The translations under genes were made by a program, and so were the position numbers. Positions 17,940-27,170 of a stretch of DNA of 64,000 nucleotides are shown here, piece after piece. This DNA is from an uncultured Candidatus Rokubacteria bacterium (GTDB lineage Bacteria; Methylomirabilota; Methylomirabilia; Rokubacteriales; CSP1-6): assembly GCA_963762145.1 (NCBI GenBank), contig CAVXJS010000014.1, positions 448,001-512,000 on the forward strand, in the 5' to 3' direction. Position 1 is the first letter of the stretch; every line of letters starts with the position of its first letter. The notes below the pieces were generated by a model that worked only from the letters and a program-made list of their open reading frames with translations, made no database searches and was not told the origin of the DNA.

Positions 17940-18364
17940 GCCTGTTCAAGATCCTGAGCCACGTGAGCATCACCGTCACCGACGTCACCAAGGCGCGCGA
18001 GTTCTACACCGGCGTGCTGGGATTCCCGGAGATCCCGCGCCCCGCCTTCGACTTCCCGGGCATCTGGTACAGCCTGGGCGGGGACCTGCAGCTCCACATC
18101 ATCCTGAACGACCAGCTCGTGCGCCCCGCGACGGAGCGGGAGAAGATCGTGGCGCGGTATCCGCACTTCGCGCTCTGGACCGAGGACGTGGACGGGACCG
18201 CGCGGCGCATCGAGGAGCTGGGGCTGGTCTGCCGCGACGTGATCTCGGGGCCCACCGGCCTGCGTCAGCTCTTCGTCAAGGACCCGGACGGCAACATGAT
18301 CGAGTTCCTCGGGCCCAGCGCTTCCGCGGCGGCCCGGCGCATGGAGACGCCCGCGGCCCGATGA
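17936..18364 (+). CDS. VOC/glyoxalase family protein
   Basis: HVSITVTD...FYTGVLG, HFAL, QLFVKDPDGNMIEF. Confidence 0.9.
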   Translation: MSLFKILSHVSITVTDVTKAREFYTGVLGFPEIPRPAFDFPGIWYSLGGDLQLHIILNDQLVRPATEREKIVARYPHFALWTEDVDGTARRIEELGLVCRDVISGPTGLRQLFVKDPDGNMIEFLGPSASAAARRMETPAAR

Positions 18365-19278
18365 AGATCGGCGTCAACCTCATCACGTTCGGTCCGGGCG
18401 CAAGCGAGGACGCGCTCGCGCGCTGGGCCGGCTTCGCCGAGAGCACCGGCTACCACTTCATGATGCTCGGCGACCACGTCACGATCACCTCCGACGTGCA
18501 GGGCCGGTACCCGGCGCCGTTCTACGACCCGTTCACGACCCTCGCCTGGCTCGCCGGGCTGACCCGTCGGGTGGAGCTGGGCTTCACCGTGATCGTCGTG
18601 CCGTACCGCCACCCGCTCGAGACCTCTCGCATGGTGGCCACGCTGGACCGGATCAGCGGCGGGCGGCTCATCTTCGGGGTCGGGGTGGGCTGGGCGCGGC
18701 AGGAGTTCGAGGTGCTCGGGCTGCCGTTCGAGAAGCGCGGCGCCATGACCGACGACTACCTCGCCGCGCTCAAGGCCACGTGGACCCAGGACGTGGCCAG
18801 CTACCAGGGGCGCTTCGTGTCCTTCAAGGACGTCTACACCGCGCCGCGCCCGCTGCAGCGGCCACACCCGCCGATCTGGGTGGGCGGCTCGAGCGAGGCG
18901 GCGCTCCGGCGCACCGTGCGCCACGGCGACGCGTGGCATCCGATCCGCAGCCGCATCACGTTCCTGCGCGACGAGGGCATGCCGAAGCTCCGCGCCATCG
19001 CCGAGAAGGAAGGCCGGCCCGTGCCCGCGCTCTGCCCGCGCATCCGCCTGCGCCTGACCGATTCCCCGATGCCGGAGGAGACGCGGCTGGCCGGGGAGGG
19101 GACCATCGACCAGGTGCGGCGCGACTTCGAGGCCCTCGCCAAGCTCGAGGTGCCGTACCTCTGCCTCGACACGTTCGCGGACGACGTCGAGGGCTCGCGC
19201 AATCACGAGCAGGCGTGGCGCATGCTGACCACGCTCGCGGAGCGAGCCTTCGACCTGGGGCGCCAGAGCCTGCGCTAG
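18361..19278 (+). CDS. LLM-class flavin (possibly F420)-dependent oxidoreductase
   Basis: DH, DPFTTLA, TLDRISGGR..GVGVGW, P.P.Q.PHPPIWVGG. Confidence 0.9.
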   Translation: MKIGVNLITFGPGASEDALARWAGFAESTGYHFMMLGDHVTITSDVQGRYPAPFYDPFTTLAWLAGLTRRVELGFTVIVVPYRHPLETSRMVATLDRISGGRLIFGVGVGWARQEFEVLGLPFEKRGAMTDDYLAALKATWTQDVASYQGRFVSFKDVYTAPRPLQRPHPPIWVGGSSEAALRRTVRHGDAWHPIRSRITFLRDEGMPKLRAIAEKEGRPVPALCPRIRLRLTDSPMPEETRLAGEGTIDQVRRDFEALAKLEVPYLCLDTFADDVEGSRNHEQAWRMLTTLAERAFDLGRQSLR

Positions 19279-19303
19279 CACCCGGCCCGCCACTAGCCTC
19301 CGA

Positions 19304-19888
19304 ATGGACGCGATCGACCTCTGGCTGCTGCGCTACGAGTCGGTCCACAGCTTCGTGGCCGACGACCTGGTCGCGGATCTGACCGAGGCGCAGGTGCGCG
19401 GGCGGCCCGTGCCCGGGGTCAACCCGGTGGCGTGGCTCATCTGGCACGCGATGCGGATCGAGGACGTGTGCGTGAACCGCTTCATCCTCGACCGGCCGCA
19501 GGTGCTCGACGCCGGCTGGCTCGAGCGGCTCCGCGTCGGACGGCGCGACGTCGGGACGGGCATGGACGACACGCAGGTGGCCGCGCTCTGCGAGCGCGTG
19601 GACATCGGCGAGCTCCGCGGCTACTGCCGCGCGGTGACGCGGGCCACGCTGGACGCGGTGCCGGCTCTGCGGGGCATGGAGCTCGAGGCGACGATCGCGG
19701 CCGACCGGGTCGAGCACGTGTCCACCGTCGAGGGCGCGGTCGATCCCGGCGCCTCCTGGCTCACCGAGTTCTGGGCCGGCGGGCGGAGCCGGGGCTGGAT
19801 CCTGTTCCAGACGTCCCTGCTCCACGTCTACGGCCACTACTTCGAGGGCCTCGCGACCAAGGGCCTCTGGGGCGCCCGCTCGCGCTAG
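19304..19888 (+). CDS. DinB/YfiT superfamily protein
   Basis: N.VAWLIWH...ED and C-terminal HxxxH (HVYGH) metal motif. Confidence 0.85.
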   Translation: MDAIDLWLLRYESVHSFVADDLVADLTEAQVRGRPVPGVNPVAWLIWHAMRIEDVCVNRFILDRPQVLDAGWLERLRVGRRDVGTGMDDTQVAALCERVDIGELRGYCRAVTRATLDAVPALRGMELEATIAADRVEHVSTVEGAVDPGASWLTEFWAGGRSRGWILFQTSLLHVYGHYFEGLATKGLWGARSR

Positions 19889-20892
19889 AGGCGCGCCATC
19901 ACCTGGTCGGCGAAGAGGCGCAGCACCTGCTCGCGCTCCACGAAGTCCTGGCCGGGGACCTGCGGGAGCAGGATGACCCGGCCCACGCCGCCGACCTGCG
20001 CGATGCGCTGCACCTGCCCGCGGACGTCGTCGGGCGTCCCCGCGAGGGCCATCAGGTCGACGAAGCGGTCGGTGACGAGCAGGCGATGCTTCGACGCGGC
20101 GGTGGCGTGCTGGTAGGAATCGTACGCGGCGCGGACCTGCTCGATGACCGCCTGGTCCTCGGGGCTCCAGGTCACCGGGAACGCGTGACGGAGGGCGGAG
20201 GCGACGCGGCCGCGCACGTGGTCGCGGGCCAGCGCGCGATCGTGCGAGATCGAGGTGGGCGCCCAGATCGCGACGTCGATCGAGCCGGCGGCGCGGCCGC
20301 TCGCCTGCACGCCGCCGGCCACGCGGGCGAGCGCGGCCTCGACCAGCCACGGCGCCACGCCCGAGTACATGATCGCGCCGTCGCCGAGGCGCCCGGCCGC
20401 GTCCAGCATGCGCGGGCCGGAGCCGGCCAGGTAGAGCGGGACGTCGAGCGGGCGGGGCAGCCAGGCCAGGCGCGCGTCGGTGCCGGTGTCGAGCCGGATC
20501 GACTCGCCGCGCAGGAGGCGCTTGAGCGCGTGCGCCATGGACTCGAGCGTGGCGACGCGGGCGGTCCGGGCCACCGACAGCCCCATGGTCTCCGACGCGC
20601 TGCCGCCGGTGCCGATGCCGAGGACCAGGCGCCCGGGCGCCAGCTCGTGGAGGGACGCGATGGCGCTCGCGGTCACCGAGATGTGGCGCGTGTGCGGTAC
20701 GGTGATCCCGGGGCCCAGCCGGATCCGCGAGGTCGCGGCCGCGCACGCGGTCAGCACGACCCACAGCTCACGGCAGACCAGGTGGGTGTCGGCGATCCAG
20801 GCGGTGTCGAAGCCGAGCGTCTCGGCCAGCCGCACCTGCTTGACGATCACGGGCAGCGGCTGGCTGGCGAGGATGCCGATGTCGAACTTCAT
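19885..20892 (-). CDS. LLM-class oxidoreductase (Mer-like)
   Basis: AETLGFDTAWIAD, TSRIRLGPG.T.P.TRH, GR..LGIGTG, LAGSGPRML. Confidence 0.9.
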   Translation of the reverse strand: MKFDIGILASQPLPVIVKQVRLAETLGFDTAWIADTHLVCRELWVVLTACAAATSRIRLGPGITVPHTRHISVTASAIASLHELAPGRLVLGIGTGGSASETMGLSVARTARVATLESMAHALKRLLRGESIRLDTGTDARLAWLPRPLDVPLYLAGSGPRMLDAAGRLGDGAIMYSGVAPWLVEAALARVAGGVQASGRAAGSIDVAIWAPTSISHDRALARDHVRGRVASALRHAFPVTWSPEDQAVIEQVRAAYDSYQHATAASKHRLLVTDRFVDLMALAGTPDDVRGQVQRIAQVGGVGRVILLPQVPGQDFVEREQVLRLFADQVMARL

Positions 20893-20903
20893 GGACGCGG
20901 CTG

Positions 20904-20932
20904 AGAATCGGGCCAAAGGCCCGGCGCGTCAA
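20904..20932 (-). promoter_or_regulatory. Putative sigma70 promoter of the LLM gene
   Basis: TTGACG-N17-GATTCT on the minus strand. Confidence 0.4.
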
Positions 20933-20950
20933 GGGGTAAGCTAGGGACCC

Positions 20951-22240
20951 ATGACCCTCGAGACCGGCAATGGACAGGGCTTCGACGTGGCGGTGATCGG
21001 CGGCGGGCCGAGCGGATCGAGCACCGCCACCGCGCTCGCGCGGCGCGGCCGTCGCGTGCTCCTGCTGGAGCGCGACCACTTTCCGCGCTTCCACATCGGC
21101 GAGTCGCAGCTTCCGTGGATCAACGGGGTGCTGGAGGAGCTGGGCGCCCACGACACGATCGCCAAGGCCGGCTTCGTCGAGAAGTGGGGCGCGAGCTTCT
21201 GGGAGATCGACGGCACGCCGGCGTCCTATGTGGACTTCACCGCCGCGGTGGAGACGCCGAGCCCGCAGACCTTCCAGGTCCCGCGGGCCCGCTGGGACGA
21301 GCTGCTGCTTCGCCACGCCGAGCGCTCGGGCGTCATCGTGCGCGAAGGGCACCGGGCGGTGGACGCGGCCTTCGAGCCCGACGGCGTGACCCTGCGCTAC
21401 GCCGGGCCCGACGGAGTGGAGCAGACCACGCGGGTGGCGGCGGTGGTGGATGCCTCCGGCCGCGCCGGCTTCCTGGCCCGCAAGCTCGGCCGCCACGAGC
21501 ACGACCCGATGCTGCAGCAGGTGGCGGTGCACGCCCAGTACGAGGGCGTCCCGCGGGCCGAGGGCCGCGCGGCGGGCGACATCCGCGTGCTCACGCGGCC
21601 CGACGTGGGGTGGATCTGGCTGATCCCGATCTCGGAGACGCTGACGAGCGTGGGGGCGGTGGTGCCGAAGGAGTTGCATCGCCGGGAGGCCAGGGCCACC
21701 GCGGAGGAGAGCCTCGAGCACTATCTGGACACCACGCCGGCGTGTCCGTCGGTGATGAAGGAGGCGCGGCGGGTGTCGCCGGCCCGTTTCGACGCCGACT
21801 ACTCGTACCTGGCCACGAAGATGGCCGGCGATCGCTGGGTCTCGGTGGGCGACTCGGGCTCCTTCCTCGACCCGATCTTCTCCACCGGCGTGCTCCTGGC
21901 CATGCAGGGTGGACTCGAGGCGGCGGCGGCGATCGACGCGGGGCTCCGGGCCGGCGATCTCTCGGCCCGCCGGTTCGCGCGCTACGAGCGCATCGTGCGC
22001 AAGCGCTACCGGTATTTCCACCGCTTCGTGGTGGGCTTCTACGATCCGTATTTCCGGCGGCTGCTCTTCCGGCGCTCGCGCAAGCTCGGGATCTACGAGG
22101 CCGTGCTCTCCGCGCTGGCCGGGAACTGGCGCCCGACACTCGGCACCCGGCTGCGCATCCAGCTCTTCTTCGCCATCGTCGCCATCAAGCGACTGTTCCG
22201 CGTCGCGCCGCCCGAAGACGCCGGGGTGTGGCGCCAGTAG
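20951..22240 (+). CDS. Flavin-dependent halogenase-family oxidoreductase
   Basis: GGGPSG, FPRFHIGES, GFVEKWG (candidate catalytic Lys), GWIWLIP (WxWxIP), GDSGSFLDPIFSTG. Confidence 0.85.
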   Translation: MTLETGNGQGFDVAVIGGGPSGSSTATALARRGRRVLLLERDHFPRFHIGESQLPWINGVLEELGAHDTIAKAGFVEKWGASFWEIDGTPASYVDFTAAVETPSPQTFQVPRARWDELLLRHAERSGVIVREGHRAVDAAFEPDGVTLRYAGPDGVEQTTRVAAVVDASGRAGFLARKLGRHEHDPMLQQVAVHAQYEGVPRAEGRAAGDIRVLTRPDVGWIWLIPISETLTSVGAVVPKELHRREARATAEESLEHYLDTTPACPSVMKEARRVSPARFDADYSYLATKMAGDRWVSVGDSGSFLDPIFSTGVLLAMQGGLEAAAAIDAGLRAGDLSARRFARYERIVRKRYRYFHRFVVGFYDPYFRRLLFRRSRKLGIYEAVLSALAGNWRPTLGTRLRIQLFFAIVAIKRLFRVAPPEDAGVWRQ

Positions 22241-22246
22241 CGGTCG

Positions 22247-22852
22247 CTAGACCCCGGAGCCGAAGCCGCCCGCGGTGCGCACCGTCTGGGCCTCGCCCAT
22301 GTGCATGGCGGCGTGGGTGACGAGCAGGGCGCCGAGGATGCCGAGGCGCGGCCGGCCGGTGAACGCCTTCGCGACCATCTCGCCCTTGGGGCCGAAGCAG
22401 CCGAGCGAGGCCGCCTTCTCGAGCGCGCTCGTCTGCAGCTCGCCCTGCCAGTCGGACGGCCCGAAGCCGCGGATGACGTCCTGGGTGCGGCGGCCCACCG
22501 CGTCTCGGTAGTCGCGCAGGGCCGCGACGTCGATCTGGGCGGTGAGCTCGGCAACCTCCGGCTTGGTCATCCCGATGCCGAAGTCGGGCCGCGAGATCTT
22601 GAGGCGCCCGAACCATCCGTCGTCCACGACCTGGTCGCGTCCGCTCAGGATCACGTTGGCGAAGACGTCCTCGGCGCGGGCGATGTGCCACATCAGCCAC
22701 GCCAGCGAGTTCAGGTCCTCGCGCGGACGCACCCGCATCTGCTCGTCGGAGAGGCCGGCGAAGGTCCGCTCGGCCAGGGTGCCCTTCTCGCCGGTGACGC
22801 TGGTGGCGTGCATGCGGCGGTGCTCGTCGAGGAGAAGATCGCGCGCGTCCAT
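22247..22852 (-). CDS. DinB/YfiT superfamily protein (paralogue of 19304-19888)
   Basis: GGAGG SD; NSLAWLMWH...ED and HAAMH motif. Confidence 0.85.
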   Translation of the reverse strand: MDARDLLLDEHRRMHATSVTGEKGTLAERTFAGLSDEQMRVRPREDLNSLAWLMWHIARAEDVFANVILSGRDQVVDDGWFGRLKISRPDFGIGMTKPEVAELTAQIDVAALRDYRDAVGRRTQDVIRGFGPSDWQGELQTSALEKAASLGCFGPKGEMVAKAFTGRPRLGILGALLVTHAAMHMGEAQTVRTAGGFGSGV

Positions 22853-22887
22853 GAGGCCTCCGCGGGGAGAGTGAGTCGCCGCCGGGT

Positions 22888-23778
22888 TCAGGTCCGAGGA
22901 GTGGGGGCCGGCTCGTCGGCGACCGAGAAGTACCGGCGTCCGGTGTCCGACTGGTTCTCGTAGATCGAGCCCTGGCGCCGGGCGGGCGGCAGGGGCAGAC
23001 GCACCGGGGCCGGCACCAGCCGGGGCTCGATGGTCGGCTCGCCGGTGATCAGGCGGCTGTCGAACTCGGCGAGATCTGCGACGCCCATGATCGGCCAGGC
23101 GTCGGCGGCGCCGTATTCGTAGAGCAGGAGGGTGCGGGGCAGGCTCGAGACGTTCTGGGCCGAGCCGTGCACGAGCCGCACGTGATGGAAGCTCATCGAG
23201 CCCGCGCGTCCGGTGAGCGGCACCGCGCGCGCGATCTCGTCGCGGATCGCGGCGGGGTCGATGGCGCCGCAGAAGTAGCCGTCCGCGTGATGATCGAACG
23301 TGGGCCCGCGGTGGCTGCCCGGCACCACGAGAAGCGGACCGTTGTCGCTGGTGGCGTCGTCGAGCATCACGCCCACCGCGAGCAGGTCGTCGTTGGTGTG
23401 CGGGTAGAACGCCCAGTCCTGGTGCCACTCCACCGGCGAGCCGTAGCGCGGCGACTTGAGATTGATCTTGGAGCCGTGCAGCCGGACGTCCCGGCCGAGC
23501 AGGCTCTGCAGGACCGCCACCAGGCGCGGATGCCGCATCAGGTCGTGGAAGACCGGGTAGAAGCGATGCGGCTGCTTGATGCGCCGCACGCGCGGATCGT
23601 CGGCGCGATGACCCGGCTCCAGATCGTAGTGCTCGGTGTGGGTGGTCACCGCGCGCGCCCCGTCGAGGACGCGGGCCAGCTCGGCGCGAACCGCGGCCAG
23701 CGTGGCGGCGTCGAGCACGTCGGGAACCACCAGATACCCCTGATCCTGGTAGAACTTCACGTCGGCGGGCGAGAGCAT
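22888..23778 (-). CDS. Phytanoyl-CoA dioxygenase (PhyH) family Fe(II)/2OG enzyme
   Basis: FYQDQGYLV, WHQD, NGPL.VVPGSH, HGS..N...PR. Confidence 0.92.
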   Translation of the reverse strand: MLSPADVKFYQDQGYLVVPDVLDAATLAAVRAELARVLDGARAVTTHTEHYDLEPGHRADDPRVRRIKQPHRFYPVFHDLMRHPRLVAVLQSLLGRDVRLHGSKINLKSPRYGSPVEWHQDWAFYPHTNDDLLAVGVMLDDATSDNGPLLVVPGSHRGPTFDHHADGYFCGAIDPAAIRDEIARAVPLTGRAGSMSFHHVRLVHGSAQNVSSLPRTLLLYEYGAADAWPIMGVADLAEFDSRLITGEPTIEPRLVPAPVRLPLPPARRQGSIYENQSDTGRRYFSVADEPAPTPRT

Positions 23779-23831
23779 GGGAGCGAATCTCCTTGCTCGA
23801 AAGGTTAGCACGAACCGGCGGCACTCCGCCC

Positions 23832-23860
23832 TTGACAGGGGAACGCGGGTGACCGACATT
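23832..23860 (+). promoter_or_regulatory. Putative sigma70 promoter of the ABC operon
   Basis: TTGACA-N17-GACATT. Confidence 0.45.
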
Positions 23861-23901
23861 CGGAGCGCGTCCCGATCAAAGACGATCAAGGGGGAACACA
23901 C

Positions 23902-25263
23902 ATGCCCGATCAGCGCCTCAGCCGCCGCTCACTCCTCGCCGGGGCCGCCGGAGCTTCCGCCCTGCTCACGCTGTCGAAGTCGGCGCGGGCCCAGGGCCCC
24001 GCGGTCAAGAAGGGCACCAGCCTTCGCCTCTGGATCCTCAAGACGTACGTGGAGCCCACCAACAAGGCGATCGAGGCGAGCGCCCAGCGCTGGGCGCAGA
24101 AGCACGGGGCCAGCGTGACGGTGGAGTACTTCACCTTCGAGGACATGCAGACGAAGTACGTGGCCGCGATCGAGAACAAGAGCACCCCGGACGTGGGCCA
24201 GCTCGAGACCGGCGCGCCCGCGCGCTTCAGCGGGATGGGTCAGCTCGTCGACCTCACGTCGTTCGCGCGCCAGATCGAGGGCCAGGTGGGCAAGCCGCCC
24301 GCCAACGTGGCGCCGGTCACCATGGTCGGGGACAAGATCTACGCGCTGCCGTGGTACGTGATGGCCGGGTTCTGGTACGTGTGGCGCGACGTCTTCGAGA
24401 AGGGCAAGGTGAAGCTGCCCAACACCTTCGAGGAGGCCAAGCAGGCCGCCGCCGCGCTCAACCGGCCCAAGGACAACTTCTACGGCATTGGCCAGAGCTG
24501 GAACCGCACCTCGGACGGCTACGGGGTGATGCAGAGCCTGATGTACTCCTACGGCGCGGGCTGGGCGGACAAGGACGGCAAGTACAAGTCCATCAAGACG
24601 GCGCAGATGCAGGCGGCCATGAAGTGGGCCACCGACATCTACAAGGACGGCATCCAGCCGGCCGACACTCTGACGTGGACCGGCTCCGGTAACAACGAGA
24701 ACTTCATCGCCAAGAACATCGCGCAGACCTCCAACGGGCCCAGCATCACCTTCGCCCTGGAGAACGCCCTCGCCAAGGCCACCGACGCCAAGGAGCGGAA
24801 GACGCGCGAGGAAGCGCTCGCCAACCACGTGGCCCTGCCGCACCCCGGCGGGCCCGACGGCCGGCGGATGTGGGCCATCGCGATGAGCTTCGGCATCTTC
24901 AAGAACAGCAAGGACCCCGAGGCGGCGATGAGCCTGATCGCGCACATGCTCGCCCCCGAGGAGACGGTATCGGTCATGAAGGATTCCTACGGGCAGTTCG
25001 CGCCGGTGATGTCCAAGGCGCGCGACGCGTCCAAGGACTACTTCAACAAGAACGACAACTACCGCACGTTCGGCCGGGCCGCGGAGTGGTTCGTGCCCAC
25101 CGGCTTCCCCGGCCCGGTGACCGCGGCCGCCGCGGAGGTGCAGGCGAGCAACGTGCTCACCGACGCCCCCGCCAAGGTCATCGTGGACAAGTGGTCGCTG
25201 GACCAGGCCATCGACTGGGAGGACAAGAAGATCAAGGAAATCTACGACACTCTCCGCGGATGA
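23902..25263 (+). CDS. CUT1-type extracellular solute-binding protein, Tat-type signal
   Basis: SRRSLL signal; TPDV and YALPW motifs; adjacent permeases. Confidence 0.9.
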   Translation: MPDQRLSRRSLLAGAAGASALLTLSKSARAQGPAVKKGTSLRLWILKTYVEPTNKAIEASAQRWAQKHGASVTVEYFTFEDMQTKYVAAIENKSTPDVGQLETGAPARFSGMGQLVDLTSFARQIEGQVGKPPANVAPVTMVGDKIYALPWYVMAGFWYVWRDVFEKGKVKLPNTFEEAKQAAAALNRPKDNFYGIGQSWNRTSDGYGVMQSLMYSYGAGWADKDGKYKSIKTAQMQAAMKWATDIYKDGIQPADTLTWTGSGNNENFIAKNIAQTSNGPSITFALENALAKATDAKERKTREEALANHVALPHPGGPDGRRMWAIAMSFGIFKNSKDPEAAMSLIAHMLAPEETVSVMKDSYGQFAPVMSKARDASKDYFNKNDNYRTFGRAAEWFVPTGFPGPVTAAAAEVQASNVLTDAPAKVIVDKWSLDQAIDWEDKKIKEIYDTLRG

Positions 25264-25278
25264 TCTGGCGCGGGTGAC

Positions 25279-26217
25279 GTGGCGCTTCCCGCAGCATCCC
25301 GCATTCCCGTGATGCGGCCGCGCGCTTCCCTCTGGAAGCGCGCGCGCATCCGGGAAGCGGGGACGGCGCTTCTCTTCCTGCTGCCGCTGCTGGTCCTGGT
25401 GGTGGCCCTGATCGTCTACCCGGTCTACCGGGCGGTCTGGCTCTCGCTCACCGACAAGCTGGTGGGCTATCCCGAGCGGTTCGTCGGCCTCAAGAACTAC
25501 ATCTATCTCGCCGAGGACGACACCTTCCACCAGGTCATCCGGAACAGCTTCGTGTTCACGGGGGTCTCGGTGGGCCTCAAGGTCGTGACCGGCGTGCTGA
25601 TGGCGCTGGTGCTGAACAACGTGATCCGGGGCCGCAATTTCTTCCGCGGCCTCTTCCTGCTGCCGTGGATCACCTCCACCGTGATCATCGCGCTGACCTG
25701 GCGGTGGATGTTCGACGCCTTCCCGGGCCGTGGCTTCTTCAACAGCGTGCTGCTCGACCTGGGATTGCTCAGTCGCCCGATCGCCTTCATGGCCACGCCG
25801 GAGGGCGCGATGATGGCGGTGATCGTGGCCAACTGGTGGCGCGGTTTCCCCTTCTTCGGGGTCTCCTTCCTGGCCGGGCTGCAGGCGATCCCGCGCGAGC
25901 TCTACGAGGCCGCGTCGGTGGATGGCGCCACCACCTGGCGGCGGTTCTGGCACATCACGCTGCCGGGGCTCAAGCACGTGATGATCGTCACCACGCTGCT
26001 GAGCTTCATCCTCACCATCAACGACTTCAACATCATCTACGTGATGACCCGGGGCGGCCCGGGCAGCGCGACCCAGATCTTCGCGACCTACTCCTACCAG
26101 GTCGCGTTCAACCAGCTCCGCTGGGGCCGCGGCGTCACCATCTGTCTCTTCGTGGTGCCGATCCTGGTGGTCGGCATCATCCTGATCAGCCGCTACCTCC
26201 TCCGGGACAAGAAATAG
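25279..26217 (+). CDS. Carbohydrate ABC permease (MalF-like)
   Basis: FVGLKNY, LLPW, LQAIPRELYEAASVDGA, TRGGP. Confidence 0.92.
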   Translation: MALPAASRIPVMRPRASLWKRARIREAGTALLFLLPLLVLVVALIVYPVYRAVWLSLTDKLVGYPERFVGLKNYIYLAEDDTFHQVIRNSFVFTGVSVGLKVVTGVLMALVLNNVIRGRNFFRGLFLLPWITSTVIIALTWRWMFDAFPGRGFFNSVLLDLGLLSRPIAFMATPEGAMMAVIVANWWRGFPFFGVSFLAGLQAIPRELYEAASVDGATTWRRFWHITLPGLKHVMIVTTLLSFILTINDFNIIYVMTRGGPGSATQIFATYSYQVAFNQLRWGRGVTICLFVVPILVVGIILISRYLLRDKK

Positions 26218-26277
26218 CCGGCAACGGAAACGACCACAACCAATGACGATCGGATCGAACGAGATGATCAATGTGGT

Positions 26278-26314
26278 GGGGGGGTGTGGGGGAGGAGCGG
26301 CGCCGCTCCCCCCC
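26278..26314 (+). repeat. G/C-tract palindromic element, family A, copy 1 (G7-N3-G5-A-GGAGCGGCGCCGCTCC-C5)
   Basis: 34/37 identical to the reverse complement of 33737-33773; perfect 16-bp palindrome at 26294-26309. Confidence 0.85.
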
Positions 26315-26334
26315 ACTTCAAAGGGGGGCTCCCG

Positions 26335-27147
26335 TTGAAAGCCCTCACGTGGACCGGCATGGCCCTATTCCTCCTCGTCATCCTGGTGCCGTTCTGGTGG
26401 ATCGCCAGCATGTCGTTCAAGACGTACGAGCAGATCCAGTTCGCCACCAGCATCTACTTCCCGAACCCGTTCACCTGGGAGAACTACACCGGGCTCTGGA
26501 CCGAAACGCGCTTCCCGACCTGGCTGCGCAACAGCCTCGTCACCGCGCTGGTGGTCACCGGGATCACCACCGTGGTCTCGGCCCTTGGCGGCTACGCGGT
26601 GGCGCGGCTGCGCTTTCCGGGCCGCGAGTCGGTGGCGAGCCTGATCCTGATCCTCTACCTCATCCCGCCCGCGCTGCTCTTCATCCCGCTCTACCGCGTG
26701 CTCGCCGAGCTGGGGGCGACCAACCACCTGATGTCGCTGTTCATCTCGTATCCGACGTTCACGGTGCCGTTCTGCACCTGGCTCCTGATCGGCTTCTTCA
26801 AGGCGCTGCCGGACGAGCTGGAAGAGGCGGCCCTGATCGACGGGGCGGGGCGGGTGACCGCGTTCGTTCGCGTGCTGCTGCCGCTGGCCGCCCCGGGGCT
26901 GGTGGCCTCGGCGATCTTCGCGTTCACGCTGTCCTGGAACGAGTTCCTCTACGCGCTGGTCTTCATCCAGGATGAGACGGCCACCACGGTGCCGGTGGGC
27001 CTCAACCTGCTCATCTACGGCGACGTGTTCCACTGGGGCCAGCTCATGGCCGCCTCCGTGATCACCACGATCCCGGTGGTCGCCCTCTACGTCTTCATCC
27101 ATCGCTGGATGGTGGAGGGGCTGGTCGCGGGCTCCGTGAAGGGCTAG
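26335..27147 (+). CDS. Carbohydrate ABC permease (MalG-like); start uncertain (TTG 26335, or ATG 26243 with a frameshift)
   Basis: FTWENY, NS, GYAVAR..FPG, LPDELEEAALIDGA, WNEFLYAL, GSVKG end. Confidence 0.9.
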   Translation: MKALTWTGMALFLLVILVPFWWIASMSFKTYEQIQFATSIYFPNPFTWENYTGLWTETRFPTWLRNSLVTALVVTGITTVVSALGGYAVARLRFPGRESVASLILILYLIPPALLFIPLYRVLAELGATNHLMSLFISYPTFTVPFCTWLLIGFFKALPDELEEAALIDGAGRVTAFVRVLLPLAAPGLVASAIFAFTLSWNEFLYALVFIQDETATTVPVGLNLLIYGDVFHWGQLMAASVITTIPVVALYVFIHRWMVEGLVAGSVKG

Positions 27148-27170
27148 ACTTTCCCGCGAGGAGGCTGCCC

